Shown: one piece after another, positions 1 to 12,961 of the stretch
Layout: each line of letters starts with the position of its first letter
Numbering within the stretch: the stretch's first letter is position 1
Assembly (NCBI RefSeq): GCF_006345805.1
Contig: NC_043007.1
Coordinates: 28,582,001-28,646,000 of the forward strand
From: Octopus sinensis
Lineage: Eukaryota
Length of the DNA: 64,000 nt
Direction of reading: 5' to 3'
The notes under the pieces: generated by a model
Told to the model about the DNA's origin: nothing
What the model saw: only the letters and a program-made list of their open reading frames with translations
The model's database searches: none
Program-made: the position numbers and the translations under genes

Positions 1-44
1 TATATTGAACTCTAAATTTTCCTTCTATTCAACTCTCTCATATT

Positions 45-92
45 GTCTCTGATGATGGGATAACTTTTATAACCCTGAAACAGCTATACGAC
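45..92 (+). ncRNA. Decayed type I hammerhead ribozyme motif in a PLE-type terminal remnant
   Basis: gtct-CTGATGA-tggg..ccct-GAAAC-agct-ATA-cgac. The core is intact, but the expected GTA site reads ATA and stem I has one mismatch. Confidence 0.55.
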
Positions 93-389
93 TACCTTTC
101 TCTTTATAAATGTCCTAGGAATTTCACACTACCTTGGCTTTGTTGTCTCATTTTATTTAGCTCACACACAACCCGCATTAGACTCCTCATTCATACTATT
201 ATCGAACCGGGAGTCTAACAGCAGTTCTTCTATAGCACTTACATAGCCTTAACTGCTTTTGGATCTTATGGATACCAAAACCTCTCATATTATTTATATA
301 TATAATATATATATATATTATATATATATATATATATATATCATCATCATCATCATCATCATATATAGATAGTTAGATAGATATACATA

Positions 390-1000
390 CATCGGGCGAT
401 ATGATATGCTTGAGAAGACCTGTTGAATCAAGTAAAACCAATATCATAGCTGTGACCAGTGACCCCCGACTGGCTCCCATGCCAGTGGCATATAAAAAGC
501 ACCATCCAAATGTGGTCAATGCCAGGTCTGCCTGACTAGCTCCTGTGTCGTGGCATGTAAAAAGCACCATCCGAACATGGCTGATGCCAGTACCCCTTGA
601 TTGGCTCCCATGCTGGTGGCACATAAAAAGCACTATCTGAATGTGATTCATGCCAGGACCACGTAAAAAACACCATCAGAATGTGGCCAATGCCAGTAAC
701 CCCTGACTGGTTCCTGTACCGGTGGCACATAAGCAGCACCAACCGAATGTGGCCAATGCCAGTACCCTCTGACTGGCTCCCATGCCGGTGGCATGTAAAA
801 AGCACTATCTGAACATGATTGATGTCAGGCCTACCTGATGGGCTCCTGTGCCGGTGGCCCATAAAAAGCACCTACTACACTCTCAGAGTGGTCAGTGTTA
901 GGAAGGGCATCCAGCTGTATTAACTTTTGCAGATCAGATTAGAGCCTGGTGCAGCCACTGGCTCTCCAGACTTCAGTCAAACCATCCAACCCATGCCACA
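390..1000 (+). mobile_element. 3' UTR/tail of RTE LINE family with about 7 tandem ~60-bp units
   Basis: Same unit (..ggtggcacataaaaagcaccatc..) and same tail (aggaagggcatccagctgta..aaccatccaacccatgc) as the 3' UTR of the RTE at 46906-49442. Confidence 0.8.
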
Positions 1001-1193
1001 CACACACACGTCCATTTCATGTAGACGTACATACATCTTTCACTTTCTTTCTCTGTTCTTTTTGCTTTATCTTCTTTCGATTTCTGCTCTCTTGAAATAA
1101 AATTTTTATGGATACAACTGCTTACAAAAATAGAGATTAATGCATAATTTCTTTCTATGTTCATAACTTTTTGTTTACAATATTGAGAAATTA

Positions 1194-2132
1194 TGCCACC
1201 AAAGAAAATATGTAATCTCTCCAGAAACAAGTATAAAGCAAGGAGGATTGTAGAAAACTGAAGGTGAGAGTCTGAAGAGAGAAGCTAGATGAGATTTTCT
1301 CAACATCAGCAAATGCATGTTGCATCACTTAATGTTGGATCATTAAATTAATGTTAAGCTCTCAGAAACAGACTACCTACAAATTCGTTCTTCACAACTC
1401 CTGAAGCTCTTTTCAGATATGATCCATCCCATTCTTATAAAAACGATAACTCTGTCCAAATTGGTGTGCTAAACACAAATTATCTTTTTCTGTAGAGCTT
1501 TCAAATTTTCAAATGAAACAAATGGCATGTGCTGCTCATGCGGTCAGGTAAGATTGCCAGCACTACCAGCTCCTTCTCAACCTTTTATGGATCTTCTAGA
1601 AGGCATTTCCATCTAGTCAAAGGATTTTCTGAACAATATCAGACAATACAACTCTGTAAATGACATTGTTTGATGCATCTAAGAAGATAGATAAACATGA
1701 ATTTACGACGACGTCAAAGTTCAAGGGCAAGTCTATCACCTCATTGGTTCCTTGTCACCCACAAATGAACAACCACAGTTTCTCCAAATTTACTTTATGA
1801 GTGATGTAGAAAAAACAAACCCAAAGGAGGTGTCATCATTTCAGATGATGAGTTGTGTTAGACACAGCGCCAACTGCTGCAAAAGAGAGTATATCCACTG
1901 ACAGCTTCGCGGTGCATTCAAAAATCACATAACCCCGACAGGTTAGGGCCTGAAATACTCCAAACAGACGCATAGCATGTTGCTTAGTCGAATTGGCCCA
2001 TCATTTACTCCACAAATGTTTTGTTGTCAATGCTGCACTTTCCCATATCACCTGTTTCACCATAGCTGTTATTATATATTACATACAAACTATGCTATTT
2101 TAATCCCGAGCAACGGCGGGTGTCTCTGCTAG
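1194..2132 (+). mobile_element. Internally deleted Helitron (Rep/helicase N-terminal remnant plus 3' terminus); 5' end not resolved
   Basis: Broken frames give MPPKKICNLSRN, ETNGMCCSCGQVRLPALPAP, SKDFLNNIRQYNS and KVQGQVYHLIGSL..PQFLQIYF, which are typical Helitron N-terminal motifs. The 3' end has a cccg-N8-cggg hairpin at 2105-2120 followed by CTAG|T at 2129-2133. Confidence 0.85.
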
Positions 2133-3066
2133 TATTGGTATAAACTTTGGCCAGCGGGTAATAAGTTGTATAATCGTAATAATTGGTAAATAAAGGTTAG
2201 ATTGTGAGCTACAGTAAAAATAGTATCAAATGAATGAGAGGATAAATTAGTGATTCCTTTTATAATTTGTTTAAGAAATTGATTGACTTGCTATAAAAAA
2301 TAGATAACGTATAAAATAATCATAGTCAGAAAGGACCTCAATCTTATATATACACAGTGCACATATATACATACGTACGTACGTATGTATATATGTGCAT
2401 ATATATATAAATGTGTGTGTATGTATGTATACACACACACACATGTACTTACATACACATACACTTATATATGCATGCATACATATTCAAGATATACACT
2501 TATAAGTAATAATATATACATATAAGTAACAATATATGCATATATGTAAACATACATACGCATATACACACGTAAGATACACGTACACAAATAGTGGCTA
2601 TAGATATGTATGTATACAGTATGTTCACATAATTTTTTTTAATATATGTATATATGTATATATATATATACATACACATATACACATACTCATTCATGTA
2701 TCTACACACATGCTTATGCATTAATACATAATTTTAAGAAAACAATTACATTTACTGTAGTTTCCTATATACTTATACACGTACATACTATATACACAAA
2801 CTTATTCATATATTTATAATCAAGAATTACATGTATGGAAACAAAATATACGTAAATTGTAAAACATAATTCTTTCACCCCAATCAAAAAATTGGTATCG
2901 ATTGAGAAGAGACAAAATATTTTCTGGATTTTAATTTGAATATTTATAAACGAAAATTTATACTTAAACCCATCATTTTAGGAATATTGCTAGTCACAAC
3001 AAAATGATAGCTAACAAACCAGTAATTCATTACATATTTTCTATCCCTTAAGGTGGTTATTTTAAC

Positions 3067-3117
<51 letters not shown>

Positions 3118-3135
3118 GATAGATAGATATAAATA

Positions 3136-4423
3136 CAGGGTGCAATGGGTAAACTGTTGCTATTTCATATTTTTTTAATTTTGCACATACACACTGTTTT
3201 TGATTTTGCTGACTACACTGTATAGTAGAGTGAGTTGGGTCCTATCTGTGAGAAAAACAGTTCCATGACACCATTCATTCTGCCAGAAATTTGGAAAGCA
3301 TGTGCTGTAGCGCTTGGCATTTATGCTGGAAGCTCCAATACGGACATTTCAGAATGTTTGGGTGTGAATCTAAGGAGAGGGCAGACGATTCAGAAAGAGT
3401 TGGATGAATCTAATGGTGATTATGAAGGTAGGGCAGCTCGGAAAACTCACTCTGATCATTCTAAAAAGAACTCCTGAATTTATTGGTGAGATCCAGGCCA
3501 TGATTGACAACCATCCCTCCCAAGTCAATCAGGGACATGGAAGTGTCTGGCTCTTTTATCAGGCAGGTAGTACATGAAGACATTTGGTATTCCTCATACA
3601 AGTTGAGAAAAGGCCGGTTTTTATCCTAAGCCATCAAGGACCCTGAGGAGGGGAGGAGAGAGAACCGTACTACAAAGCTTTTGAACAAACTCAAGCATCC
3701 CCGCCAACCGAACATGCTTTAGTTTTTCTCGGATGAGAATAATATCTGCTAGGATCAGATGGTGAACACACAGAACAACTGTTGGCTTGGTATGTCCTCG
3801 AAACATGGACTGAGAGTGATAAAAATCGAACATCCAGTCAGCATCATGATGTTTGGAGTGATCGTTAGTAATGGCGATGTTATGCCTCCATTCATCTTCC
3901 CACACGGCCTCAGATTCAATACGGGAGCCTACATCAAGTGGCTGGAGGAGGTAGTGCTGTCCTAGGTCAAGAAGGTGGCTGCTGGAAGACCCTATGTCTG
4001 GCAACAGGACTCTGCACCATGCCACACAAGCAGGAAAACCCAAGTATGGCTGTCAGACAATTTCTGCAACCACATCACCCCTAACATCTGGCCACTTAAC
4101 ACCCTCGACTGCAAATGTGTGGGGTACATTTGAGTGAGAAATCAACAAAACTCCTTGTAATACCAAAGATGAACTGAAGGCAAGAGTTATTGGCAGCATT
4201 CACCAACTTAAACAAGGAGACTTTCTAGAAAAGTTGCAGGAGATTCCGAAGTCGTCTGGAGACCATGGTTGAAGCCAATGGCGATTTTATTGAATAAATT
4301 TACTCTTTAATATTTCGAGATCCTTTTATTATATAATTTTGGTAAATATATCTGTTAAAATGAGATGTTAGTGTTATTTTCATTTTTGCATAATTTAGAC
4401 GACAATTTATTCACCACACCCTG
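3136..4423 (+). mobile_element. Defective Tc1/mariner transposon, probably DD37D (maT) type
   Basis: TA|CAGGGTG..CACCCTG imperfect ~25-bp TIRs, 1288 bp long. Disrupted transposase reads HPVSIMMFGVIVSNGDVMPPFIF and QQDSAPCHTSRKTQVWLSDNF..IWP..DC. Spacing fits D37D, with the last motif deleted. Confidence 0.85.
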
Positions 4424-4759
4424 TTTGTATATGTATGTATGTATATATGTATACATATACGACAAGAAATAATTTTTGTCTCTTTTTATGGAAAAAGAAA
4501 GGTTTATAGGACTACAAAAAAGAATTGCTCAAATGTAATTGAGACAGAGATAAAGAAACATTGATCATAGAACAAACATCAACTCCCAAACATTTGATCG
4601 TATATAAATACTACCATGGTTCTTAAACATATAACAAATATACATTGACAAAAAACACAGAAGGTAAAAATATATATGCAAAAAATATAAACACAAATAT
4701 ACAGAACGGCTGATCAAAAAGCTAAATGAAATCCAACTCTTACTGAATCCTCTATCCGT

Positions 4760-5050
4760 CGGTTGACTCCCAAACACTCTGAAAGGTTCGCATCGAAACT
4801 TCCGGCGTGAATAAATAAAGGCATTTACACATGCGTTATGGCTAAACAGCCCTTACCGTTTGTTTTCTCTGTCCTGTTTTTGTTACCAACTTTCACCCTC
4901 TGCAACAACTGTTTTGACGAAGACGCATCTTGTCCTAATGTTCGAAATGCGGAGTAGATAAAACAGCCGACAACAGATGAAGGGATTGATCTTTATGATG
5001 CTTGTCTTGTTTTTCCATTTGTTTCTTTCGTTCTTCGCAAAAAAAAAGTT
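4760..5050 (+). mobile_element. PLE-like terminal remnant with two decayed hammerhead-like motifs
   Basis: actCTGAAAGg..cGAAAC..aataaa near 4777-4817 and ACGAAGAc..cGAAATgcggagt near 4917-4956. Both cores are mutated. Confidence 0.35.
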
Positions 5051-6491
5051 CGTTTTCCATGTTTTTGTATTTCATGTTCTCATTTTTCATGTTGTTTACA
5101 TTTTTTTTTCAAGTCCTGTACCCATATATGCATGTGTATATACATATATATGTATGTATGTATGCATGTATGTATATATGCATATATATATGTGTGTGTG
5201 TGTGTATGTATGTATGTATGCATGTATATGGTGAACTCTCTTGTCATAGATGACAGATGAGTGCTCCACAGCCTCCTGCTGAACAATGTGCACGAATGAT
5301 TTGTTTATAGTGACCAATGGATTATGCTGTGTACCAGCTCACATCCGCCATCAAATCAATATTGCCTTTACAGGAACACAGAGTGCCACATGTCAGATGT
5401 CAATGTAGTCACAGAGTAATGTGAAACGAACTGCTATTCCCAAAAGCACAATGCACCTCTTAGTCCAAGAATCAAAAGCCTATACGTGTCTCCGCATACA
5501 TATATTAATCTACTGCTCGTCTCATCTTCTTTCAGCCATCTCTTTATCACTTACAGTATCCCTCACGTCTCTCTACTACCTGTGCTGACCATATCATCTA
5601 CTTCATTCTGAAGTAGTCATCCATTATATAGGAGGCAACATTGGATCACCTACATCCTTTTACACTCCAGCTTTCTCCTGCTCTGCTGCCAGCCATCACC
5701 CCCTCTCCTCTGCACCACTTCTGTTGCCCATCATTCTTCACTGTAGTCTGTGATATTTGATTGATAAGTCTTTATTGTGGTCTGTGATATGTGATTGATT
5801 TGACTGACCAAGTTTTTATTGTGGTCTGTGATATTTGACTGACTTGACTGATCAAGTCTTCACTGTAGTCTGTGATACTTGATTATTTTGAATAAAGGAA
5901 GCAAAAGAAGGCACGAAGAGGCAGTGAGTCGTAGAAAAGAACCAATCTGTCGTTGTAGCAGGAGGCTTTCAGGAACAAAAAAAATCAATATTTGCCAGGA
6001 ATACAGTTGTGAAAAATAGTTAACTCAAACAGCTTTATTATTTTATGTCATAAATAATGGCAAGCTAAGTCAATCAGTCAGGAAAATAGCAGAGAATAGA
6101 GGCAAGTGGTGGTGATGGTGGTGTGGCAGAGAATGTAGAGAAAGAGGGAGACAGAGAGAGTTACAGAAAGGAAGATGAAGTGTGTGTGTGAGAGGGAGAG
6201 AGAGAGAGAGAATTGGGATTTGTGTGGTAAAATATGGGTTGGATGTGGGTGAAGATGGCTGAAACTAATTCAAAATCTTGAACATGATGGACTTAGGCAT
6301 AACAAAACTGAAATTAATAAGATGAAAGACATTTGATAAGAGAAATATATCTCAGGTTGTTCCATAAATAATATTTAGTTTACCATTTTGTGAGTTCTTC
6401 CTACACAAATATTGTGGAAGCAATCAGACAATTTTTTTGCTGCTGTTTCTGCAACAGATACAGATCGAATTTAAAGTCTGTCTAATATATC

Positions 6492-6748
6492 ATGTATGTA
6501 TGTATGTATGTATGTATGTATGTATGTATGTGTGTATGTGTGTGTGTATGTATGTATGTATGTATGTATGTATGTATGTATGTGTGTATGTATGTATGTA
6601 TGTGTGTGTGTTTGTGTGTATGTATGTATGTATGTGTATGTATGTGTGTATGTATGTATGTATGTGTGTATGTGTGTGTGTGTATGTGTGTGTATACATA
6701 TATATATACATATACATACATACATACATATATATATATATCTATATG
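6492..6748. repeat. Compound (TATG)n/(TG)n/(TA)n microsatellite
   Basis: Seen directly; it explains six overlapping pseudo-ORFs. Confidence 0.95.
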
Positions 6749-6754
6749 TATATA

Positions 6755-7330
6755 TAAAGGTGTGGGTAGAAACTCTATAAGATCCACCAAGTGTAAGCTA
6801 TGGACACATAAGAGGTGCAGCAATGTCAAAGGAAGGCTAACTAGGTAGATAGTTTTTGTATGTGGCAGATGCTCAGGAGCAATAAACACTGAAAATGCTC
6901 TGAGACCAACTTCCGCCACATTCCAGGGAGAAAAACTAGAAATAGTTGATAGCTTCTGTTACCTAAGTGACCAAGTCAGTAGCGGAGGCGGGTGTGCTGA
7001 AAGTGTAACTGCTAGAGTAAGAATAGCCTGGGCAAAGTTCAGAGAGCTCTTACCTCAGCTGGTGACAAAAGGCCTCTCGTTCAGAGTAAAAGGCAGACTG
7101 TATGACGCATGTGTACGAACAGCCATGCTACATGGCAGTGAAACATGGGCCGTGACTGCTGAGGATATGCGTAAGCTTGCAAGAAATGAAGCCAGTATGC
7201 TCCGATGGATGTGTAATGTCAGTGTTCATACTCGACAGAGTGTAAGTACCTTGAGAGAAAAGTTGGACCTAAGAAGCATCAGTTGTGATGTGCGAGAGAG
7301 ACGTTTGTGCTGGTATGGTCATGTGGCGAA
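6755..7330 (+). mobile_element. Internal RTE LINE fragment (PHD-like region and thumb)
   Basis: KGVGRNSIRSTKCKLWTHKRC and TKGLSFRVKGRLYDACVRTAMLHGSETW; very similar to 47920-48490. Confidence 0.9.
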
Positions 7331-7699
7331 AACGTAAGGATTAATATTATACAAAGGTTGGAAAATATTCAGATAAAGTTTATAAGAGGGATATAAACTC
7401 AGCACACACATTTACAATAACTAGGGTAAAGAAAAAATACGTTATTTGCGGAAGGTACATAATTAAAAATTACACTGAATATACCGTAAAACACCAAAAC
7501 ACTACAAAACCGACCAGATATCAACATCTACAAGTATGAGCTTGCTCAAACCACAATTCTGTATAAACCCTATCCTAGCAAACCACACATCCATATACAA
7601 AACAAATATAAGGCTACCAATTAATAAAAAACCGGAGTCATTTACCACCACAACCATGTACTGTTTTGTCCTGTATTATTGTGTTTGATCTGGATGTTC

Positions 7700-7960
7700 C
7701 AATGTAGTTGGTTAATAAATTATGTGAATAGGTATTATCTGGTAGTTGATGATTGATTAAAGTATATTCCTCCATTTTCTTATTTTGTATTATGAATTTG
7801 AGGTAAAACATTTTACCTTCGCCCACATAATACAATAAATGAATTAATTGCATTGCAATTCTTAGCATTTATGTATTATCATTTCTGGGTGCTTTACTGG
7901 CAGTATATTGGATATATGTTATCCCATAGAGGGTTACACTCACAACCCCTATCTCACTCT
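7700..7960 (-). repeat. Dispersed repeat homologous to the PLE-associated sequence at 25786-26030
   Basis: The reverse complement aligns with gagataggggttg..atccaatatactgc..ggtaaaatg..ataagaaaatggag..taccagataatac at 25786-26030. Confidence 0.7.
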
Positions 7961-8264
7961 GTAATATATATATATATATAAAACTTATAAATATATATAT
8001 ATATATAACTTATAAATATATATATATATAAAAGAAAAAAATTCTTATGCCAAATATGGTGAGAATAGACTTTAAATCATCAATAACCACATATAATTCA
8101 TCACTAAAAGCACATGTCTCGAAGCACGCTGACAGAAATTTCTAAAAAATTCTGTTATTTTTAAATATGCTGCCCACTGATAAAATTTTTTGAAAATTTT
8201 ATCCTATATTAGATATATATGTATACTTTTGCGAAGTATATATATTATTATTATTGCTATATAT

Positions 8265-8960
8265 ATCATCATCATTTAACATCTGCTTTCCATGCTGCAA
8301 GCCAGAAGGCTGTACAAGGCTCCAATCTGATCTGGCAAGGTTTCTACAGTTGGATGCCCTTCCTAATGCCAACCACTCCAAGAGTGTAGTGGGTGCTTTT
8401 TACATGCCACTGGCATGAAGGCCAGTCAGGCAGTACTGGCATTGACCACACTTGAATGGTGCCTTTTACATGCCATGAGCACAGGAGCCAGTCAGGTGGC
8501 ACTGGCATCAACCATGCTCAAATGGTGATTTTCACATGCCACCAGTACAGTTGCCAATCAGGCAGTAATGGCATTGGCCACAACAATGACTTCACTTGAC
8601 TCAACAGGTCTTTGCAAGTATAGTTTATTGCCCAATGATTGAAAGTGACTCTTAAATGGGCCGGTTATGCTGCACTGGCATAGGCCATGGCTACGTCTCA
8701 CTTGGCTTGCTGGGTCTTCTCAAGCACAGCATATCTCCAAAGGTCTCAGTCACTTGTCATTGCCTCCATGAGGCCCAACGTTCAGGGGTCATGCTTCACC
8801 ACCTCATCCCAGGTCTTCCTGGGTCTGCCTCTTCCACAGGTTCCCTCTACTGCTAGGGTGTGACACTTTTTCACACAGCTGTCCTCATCCATACACAACA
8901 CATGACCATAACCAGAGTAGTTATCTTTCTTGCACACCACATCTGATGCTTCTTATGTCT
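8265..8960 (-). mobile_element. RTE LINE 3' end and tail
   Basis: Reverse complement of the RTE C-terminus, 3' UTR units and (GAT)n tail seen at 48480-49442. Confidence 0.8.
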
Positions 8961-9064
8961 AACTTTTCTCTTAGGGCACTTACACTCTGCTCGATTTGTT
9001 TCATTATCTTTTTCACAGCAACCACAAACTGAAAGCAGTTACTATACTTCATTCCATAACAGTT

Positions 9065-9144
9065 ACCTCTGAAGAACAAAGTTACAAATCAGATTGTTAC
9101 CTATCATTCTGTTGAACCCCTGGTATGAAACTGATTGGTAAAAT
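9065..9144 (+). ncRNA. Hammerhead-like motif with intact core and decayed stem I
   Basis: acct-CTGAAGA(9069-75)..GAAAC(9127-31)-tgattg-GTA(9138-40)-aaat. Its 3' half is homologous to 25179-25236 and 28079-28110. Confidence 0.5.
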
Positions 9145-9436
9145 CAGCCATAATGGATATATAATGCTGTACACTTTGATTAATATACATGTATATATAT
9201 ATATATACACATGTATTTTAAACTTTAGATATATCCTCGTATATTCTTTGTTCATTTTCAATTTTATTGATTTATTTGTACTATTTCTTTGGATTAAGGA
9301 CAATGTGTGTGTGCGTGTGTGTGTGTTGTAGATGGATGGATGGATCCTCTGCTATATGTGTATATATATATATATAATATATATATATATATATCCACCA
9401 CTGCTCTATATATTCCGTACCCTTCTTTTATTCCAG

Positions 9437-9574
9437 TACCCAGTGTCATTTGCAATAAACATGGACAAACCTTCAGTGAAAAAACCAAGTCATTCAGAAA
9501 ATTCTAATTCCAAGAAAAATAAGAGTTCTGGAAGTAATACTCACACAGATGAAGCAGATTATTCTAGAACAGAG
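9437..9574 (+). CDS. Exon A (internal) of an adenylate-kinase-5-like multi-domain protein
   Basis: ttttattccag|TAC..GAG|gtaaat, phase 0/0. Reads YPVSFAINMDKPSVKK..TDEADYSRTE and splices in frame to the next exon. The ATG at 9461 could be a start, but the frame is open from the acceptor. Confidence 0.7.
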
Positions 9575-9959
9575 GTAAATTCTCTCCTTCTCTTTCTCAC
9601 TCTCACTCCCTCCTTCCCCTTCTCTCTCCCCCTCTCTCTCTAAACATGTAAATATCTCACCACCTTCTCTCTTTCCACCTTCATCATAAACTCTCCCCAT
9701 AATATGCAATTTTACAGCTTGACACTGTGAGGGTGGGCTGAAAAGTTCATAGGCTGACTATGAAGGAGTGATACTAGAGCTGTGAAATGTTGCATGTATT
9801 AATTTCAACACCTCTTACTAATAACAACATTGTTTCTTACTAGGTAAACTGACATCTGACTCCGAAGTTACTGTCAATACTAATCTTGTTACAGAATAAT
9901 AAAATTGTACTCTACAAAAGCATGGAGTACACCTTCAGATTTATGCAAATTTTTTTTAT

Positions 9960-12270
9960 TGTAACTGAACATAAGAACAAATGTTTACATGATCATGGCC
10001 AACTTGTCTCTGATTGGTTGTAACAAAAACCACAACCATCTTCAGACTGCCCGCTTTGACTGGAATAAAGTAGACTAGAGCTCTTATTGTACTGAGCTAC
10101 AATGCCCAAACTGGCTCGAATTTTATGCCTCTGGAGATGTGGACACTATACTCCAGAACATTCTGAATTCAATATGGGCGGCATGTGCAGCATCAGTACC
10201 ATGCAAGCACAAAAAACCACCCAATAGTGCAATTTAGGAGACTGCAGCAGATCGACTTGCCAGGAAAGAATGCCATAATGCTGAACAGGAATACAAATTG
10301 CACAAATCAGAGATCAACAGGAAAAAGTGCAATAGGTCAGCCAACCACCTCAAGCAGGTGACAAAAAAGGCAGTGCTTGAATTTGAACAACGCATTGCAA
10401 CTAACCCTGACAGCAAAGTGTTCTGGAAGTATGTGCACTCAAAGCAGAGACCTCACTCTCCAGTTGGTCCCCTTCGCAATCCCCACACAGGACAGATTAC
10501 TGGCAATCCTGAAGAATGTGCAGAAATCATTGCTGGATGCTATGCCAGCATCTTTACTGTCGAAGACCAAAATGTTCCATCTTCATCACCACTGACATCA
10601 GACTCTATATCTACTATGCAATTTACACCAGCAATGCTACAATGCCACCTTAAGAATAAGCGCAACTATGCCTCTCCTGGTCTCGATGGTGTTACATACC
10701 TACTTCTCAAACGTGGTGGGTACTTTCTTCTAAGCCAACTTTCTCTATTCTTCCAATTCTGTCTTGACAATGGTGTTACTCCAGAGCAGTGGAAAACTGC
10801 CAATGCTATCCCTCTGTTAAAAAAAGGTGACCGCACATCGCCTGTCAACTATCGCCCCATTAGTCTTACTAGCTGCATCGCCAAACTGATGGAATCCTGT
10901 ATCAGGGAAACCCTCTGGAACTTCTGGAAGTCTCACAGCCTCATCCAGCCGTCACAATTTGGATTTATTCCCAACTCCAGCTGCTGTAATCAACTCATCA
11001 AGTTTCTTGAGGACGTTACCCAAATTACTGATCGCGGATCCTGGGTGGATGTTGTTTACCTGGACTTTGCTAAGGCTTTTAACTCTGTGCCACACAAAAG
11101 ACTTATGGTGAAGCTCTCTGCGTTGGGCGTAAGAGACAAACTCTATAACTGGTTGAAGTCCTTTATTTTCAGCCGGAAAGAGGTTGTCACAGTTCTAGGA
11201 CAGCACTCTTCACCCTATGAGATGACATCTAGTGTACCACAGGGATCTGTTCTTGGCCCCCTTTTATTTGTTGCATATGTTAATGACATAGATGCCAACT
11301 TAAAGAATGCCACAGTGCTGAAATATGCAGATGACATCAAGCTGTACCTCGAAATAAAGAGGTCAGATCCTGTACACTATAGATCTCTATTGCAAGCAGA
11401 CCTGGACACAATGCAGCAGTGGATCATGGACTAGCAACTCAAGCTGACTGTGGACAAATGTACCACCATGCATTTTGGGAGGAGAAACCCAGTATCCACC
11501 TACTCCCTCCACAACACTAATCTCAAAAAGTTTTCATGTGAACATGACCTGGGTGTTATTGTCGACAGTGATTTGCGTTGGACAAAACACATCGCTAAAA
11601 TTGTCAAGAAGGCTGAGGGTGTCTTGGCATCACTCACCAAATCCTTTGTGTCTATCTATCTGCGGCTTTATATAGCTATGATAAGACCTCACCTGGAATT
11701 TGCATCACCGGTCTGGAACCCCTATCTTGCCCAGGATATCAATCATGTGGAAGCTGTTCAGCAACGTGCAACCAAAAGAATACCCTCCATCAGGCATTTG
11801 CCATATTCTGAACGCCTTACTTCCCTGGGCATGGACACATTGAAACTCCGACGTCAGGCAGCTGACTTGGCAGACACCCATAAAATTATCAACCATCTTA
11901 CAAACAATAACTCTGAGCACCTTTTCAAACTCCACCCGTCTAACACCCGTGGACATATTTACAAAGTCAGAAAACAGCACAGCTCCCATGACTTTAGGAA
12001 ACATTTTTTCATGCTGAGAGTTGCTGAAGCATGGAACAAACTGCTGACATCAGTTGTTAGTTGTCGGAGCACTGCATCCTTCAAAACTTCCATGCTTTCT
12101 AAGATTCGCCAACATTACACCTGATTTCCTCCCCTCCATACACACACAAGCATGTATCTGACTCATACATTGTTTGCTTTCCAGACATTTCTACATTACT
12201 GCATGTACTTTATATGCATTTTCTGACAAGTTGTGGTGCACCTGAGCACTGTATACAATAATTTCATTAT
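9960..12270 (+). mobile_element. 5'-truncated CR1/L2-group LINE (ORF2 reverse transcriptase)
   Basis: ORFs 10298-11434 and 11450-12124 are one frame split by a single TAG. Motifs YLDFAKAF, VPQGSVLGP, YADD and RPHLEFASPVW are present, with a 3' UTR ending ataatttcattatt. Lies in the sense orientation inside an intron. Confidence 0.92.
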
Positions 12271-12284
12271 TATTTATATTATTT

Positions 12285-12316
<32 letters not shown>

Positions 12317-12449
12317 ATATATATTATATATATATATATATATATAGTACTTTATTTGTTGAATTTTCATTATGTTTCAATCAACTGTTAAGATCATGTC
12401 ACTTTAATCAGAGTATATATATTATTATATAGTTATTATTGTATATACA

Positions 12450-12484
<35 letters not shown>

Positions 12485-12919
12485 CAAAAAATAGATAATG
12501 GCCATATATATATATACAGGATGTGTTGAACCTGTGTATTTTCTTTATTTCTTGTGCAATTGAAAATCTAGTTTTTATGTAAACAGTTAATCGCTCTCTC
12601 TTATCATTTTTCCTCTTTTCCCCTTCTCTTGTTCCTCTCCTTCTCTCTCTTTTTTCTCTCTCCCTTTCTATCTCTCTCTCTTGCTCCTTCTCTCTCTTCT
12701 TCTCTCTATTTATTTCCTTTCAAAATATTTATAAAAAGTCTTGCCAAAAACAAGCATTTGATTTCTGTCAACATAATGTAATAAATTATTTCCCTGAAGA
12801 ACTGTTGTGGATTTGTATCTGAATTGTACACTGAATATGCACTGCAAGGGAGACAAATAATCACAATCAGGAAACGTGTGTAGGGATAAACTGCATCTTG
12901 TATTTATCATACTTTTTCT

Positions 12920-12961
<42 letters not shown>

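Noticed and set aside
373-871. Minus-strand ORFs of 92 and 111 aa
   Set aside because: Antisense reading of the RTE 3' UTR repeat.
5740-5885. About 3 tandem ~45-bp units (ctgtagtctgtgatatttgatt..)
   Set aside because: Small degenerate minisatellite with no further structure.
6380-6487. Frame reading ..IRQFFCCCFCNRYRSNLKSV*, like a GPCR tail
   Set aside because: Short, with no acceptor in frame and no other receptor exons found.
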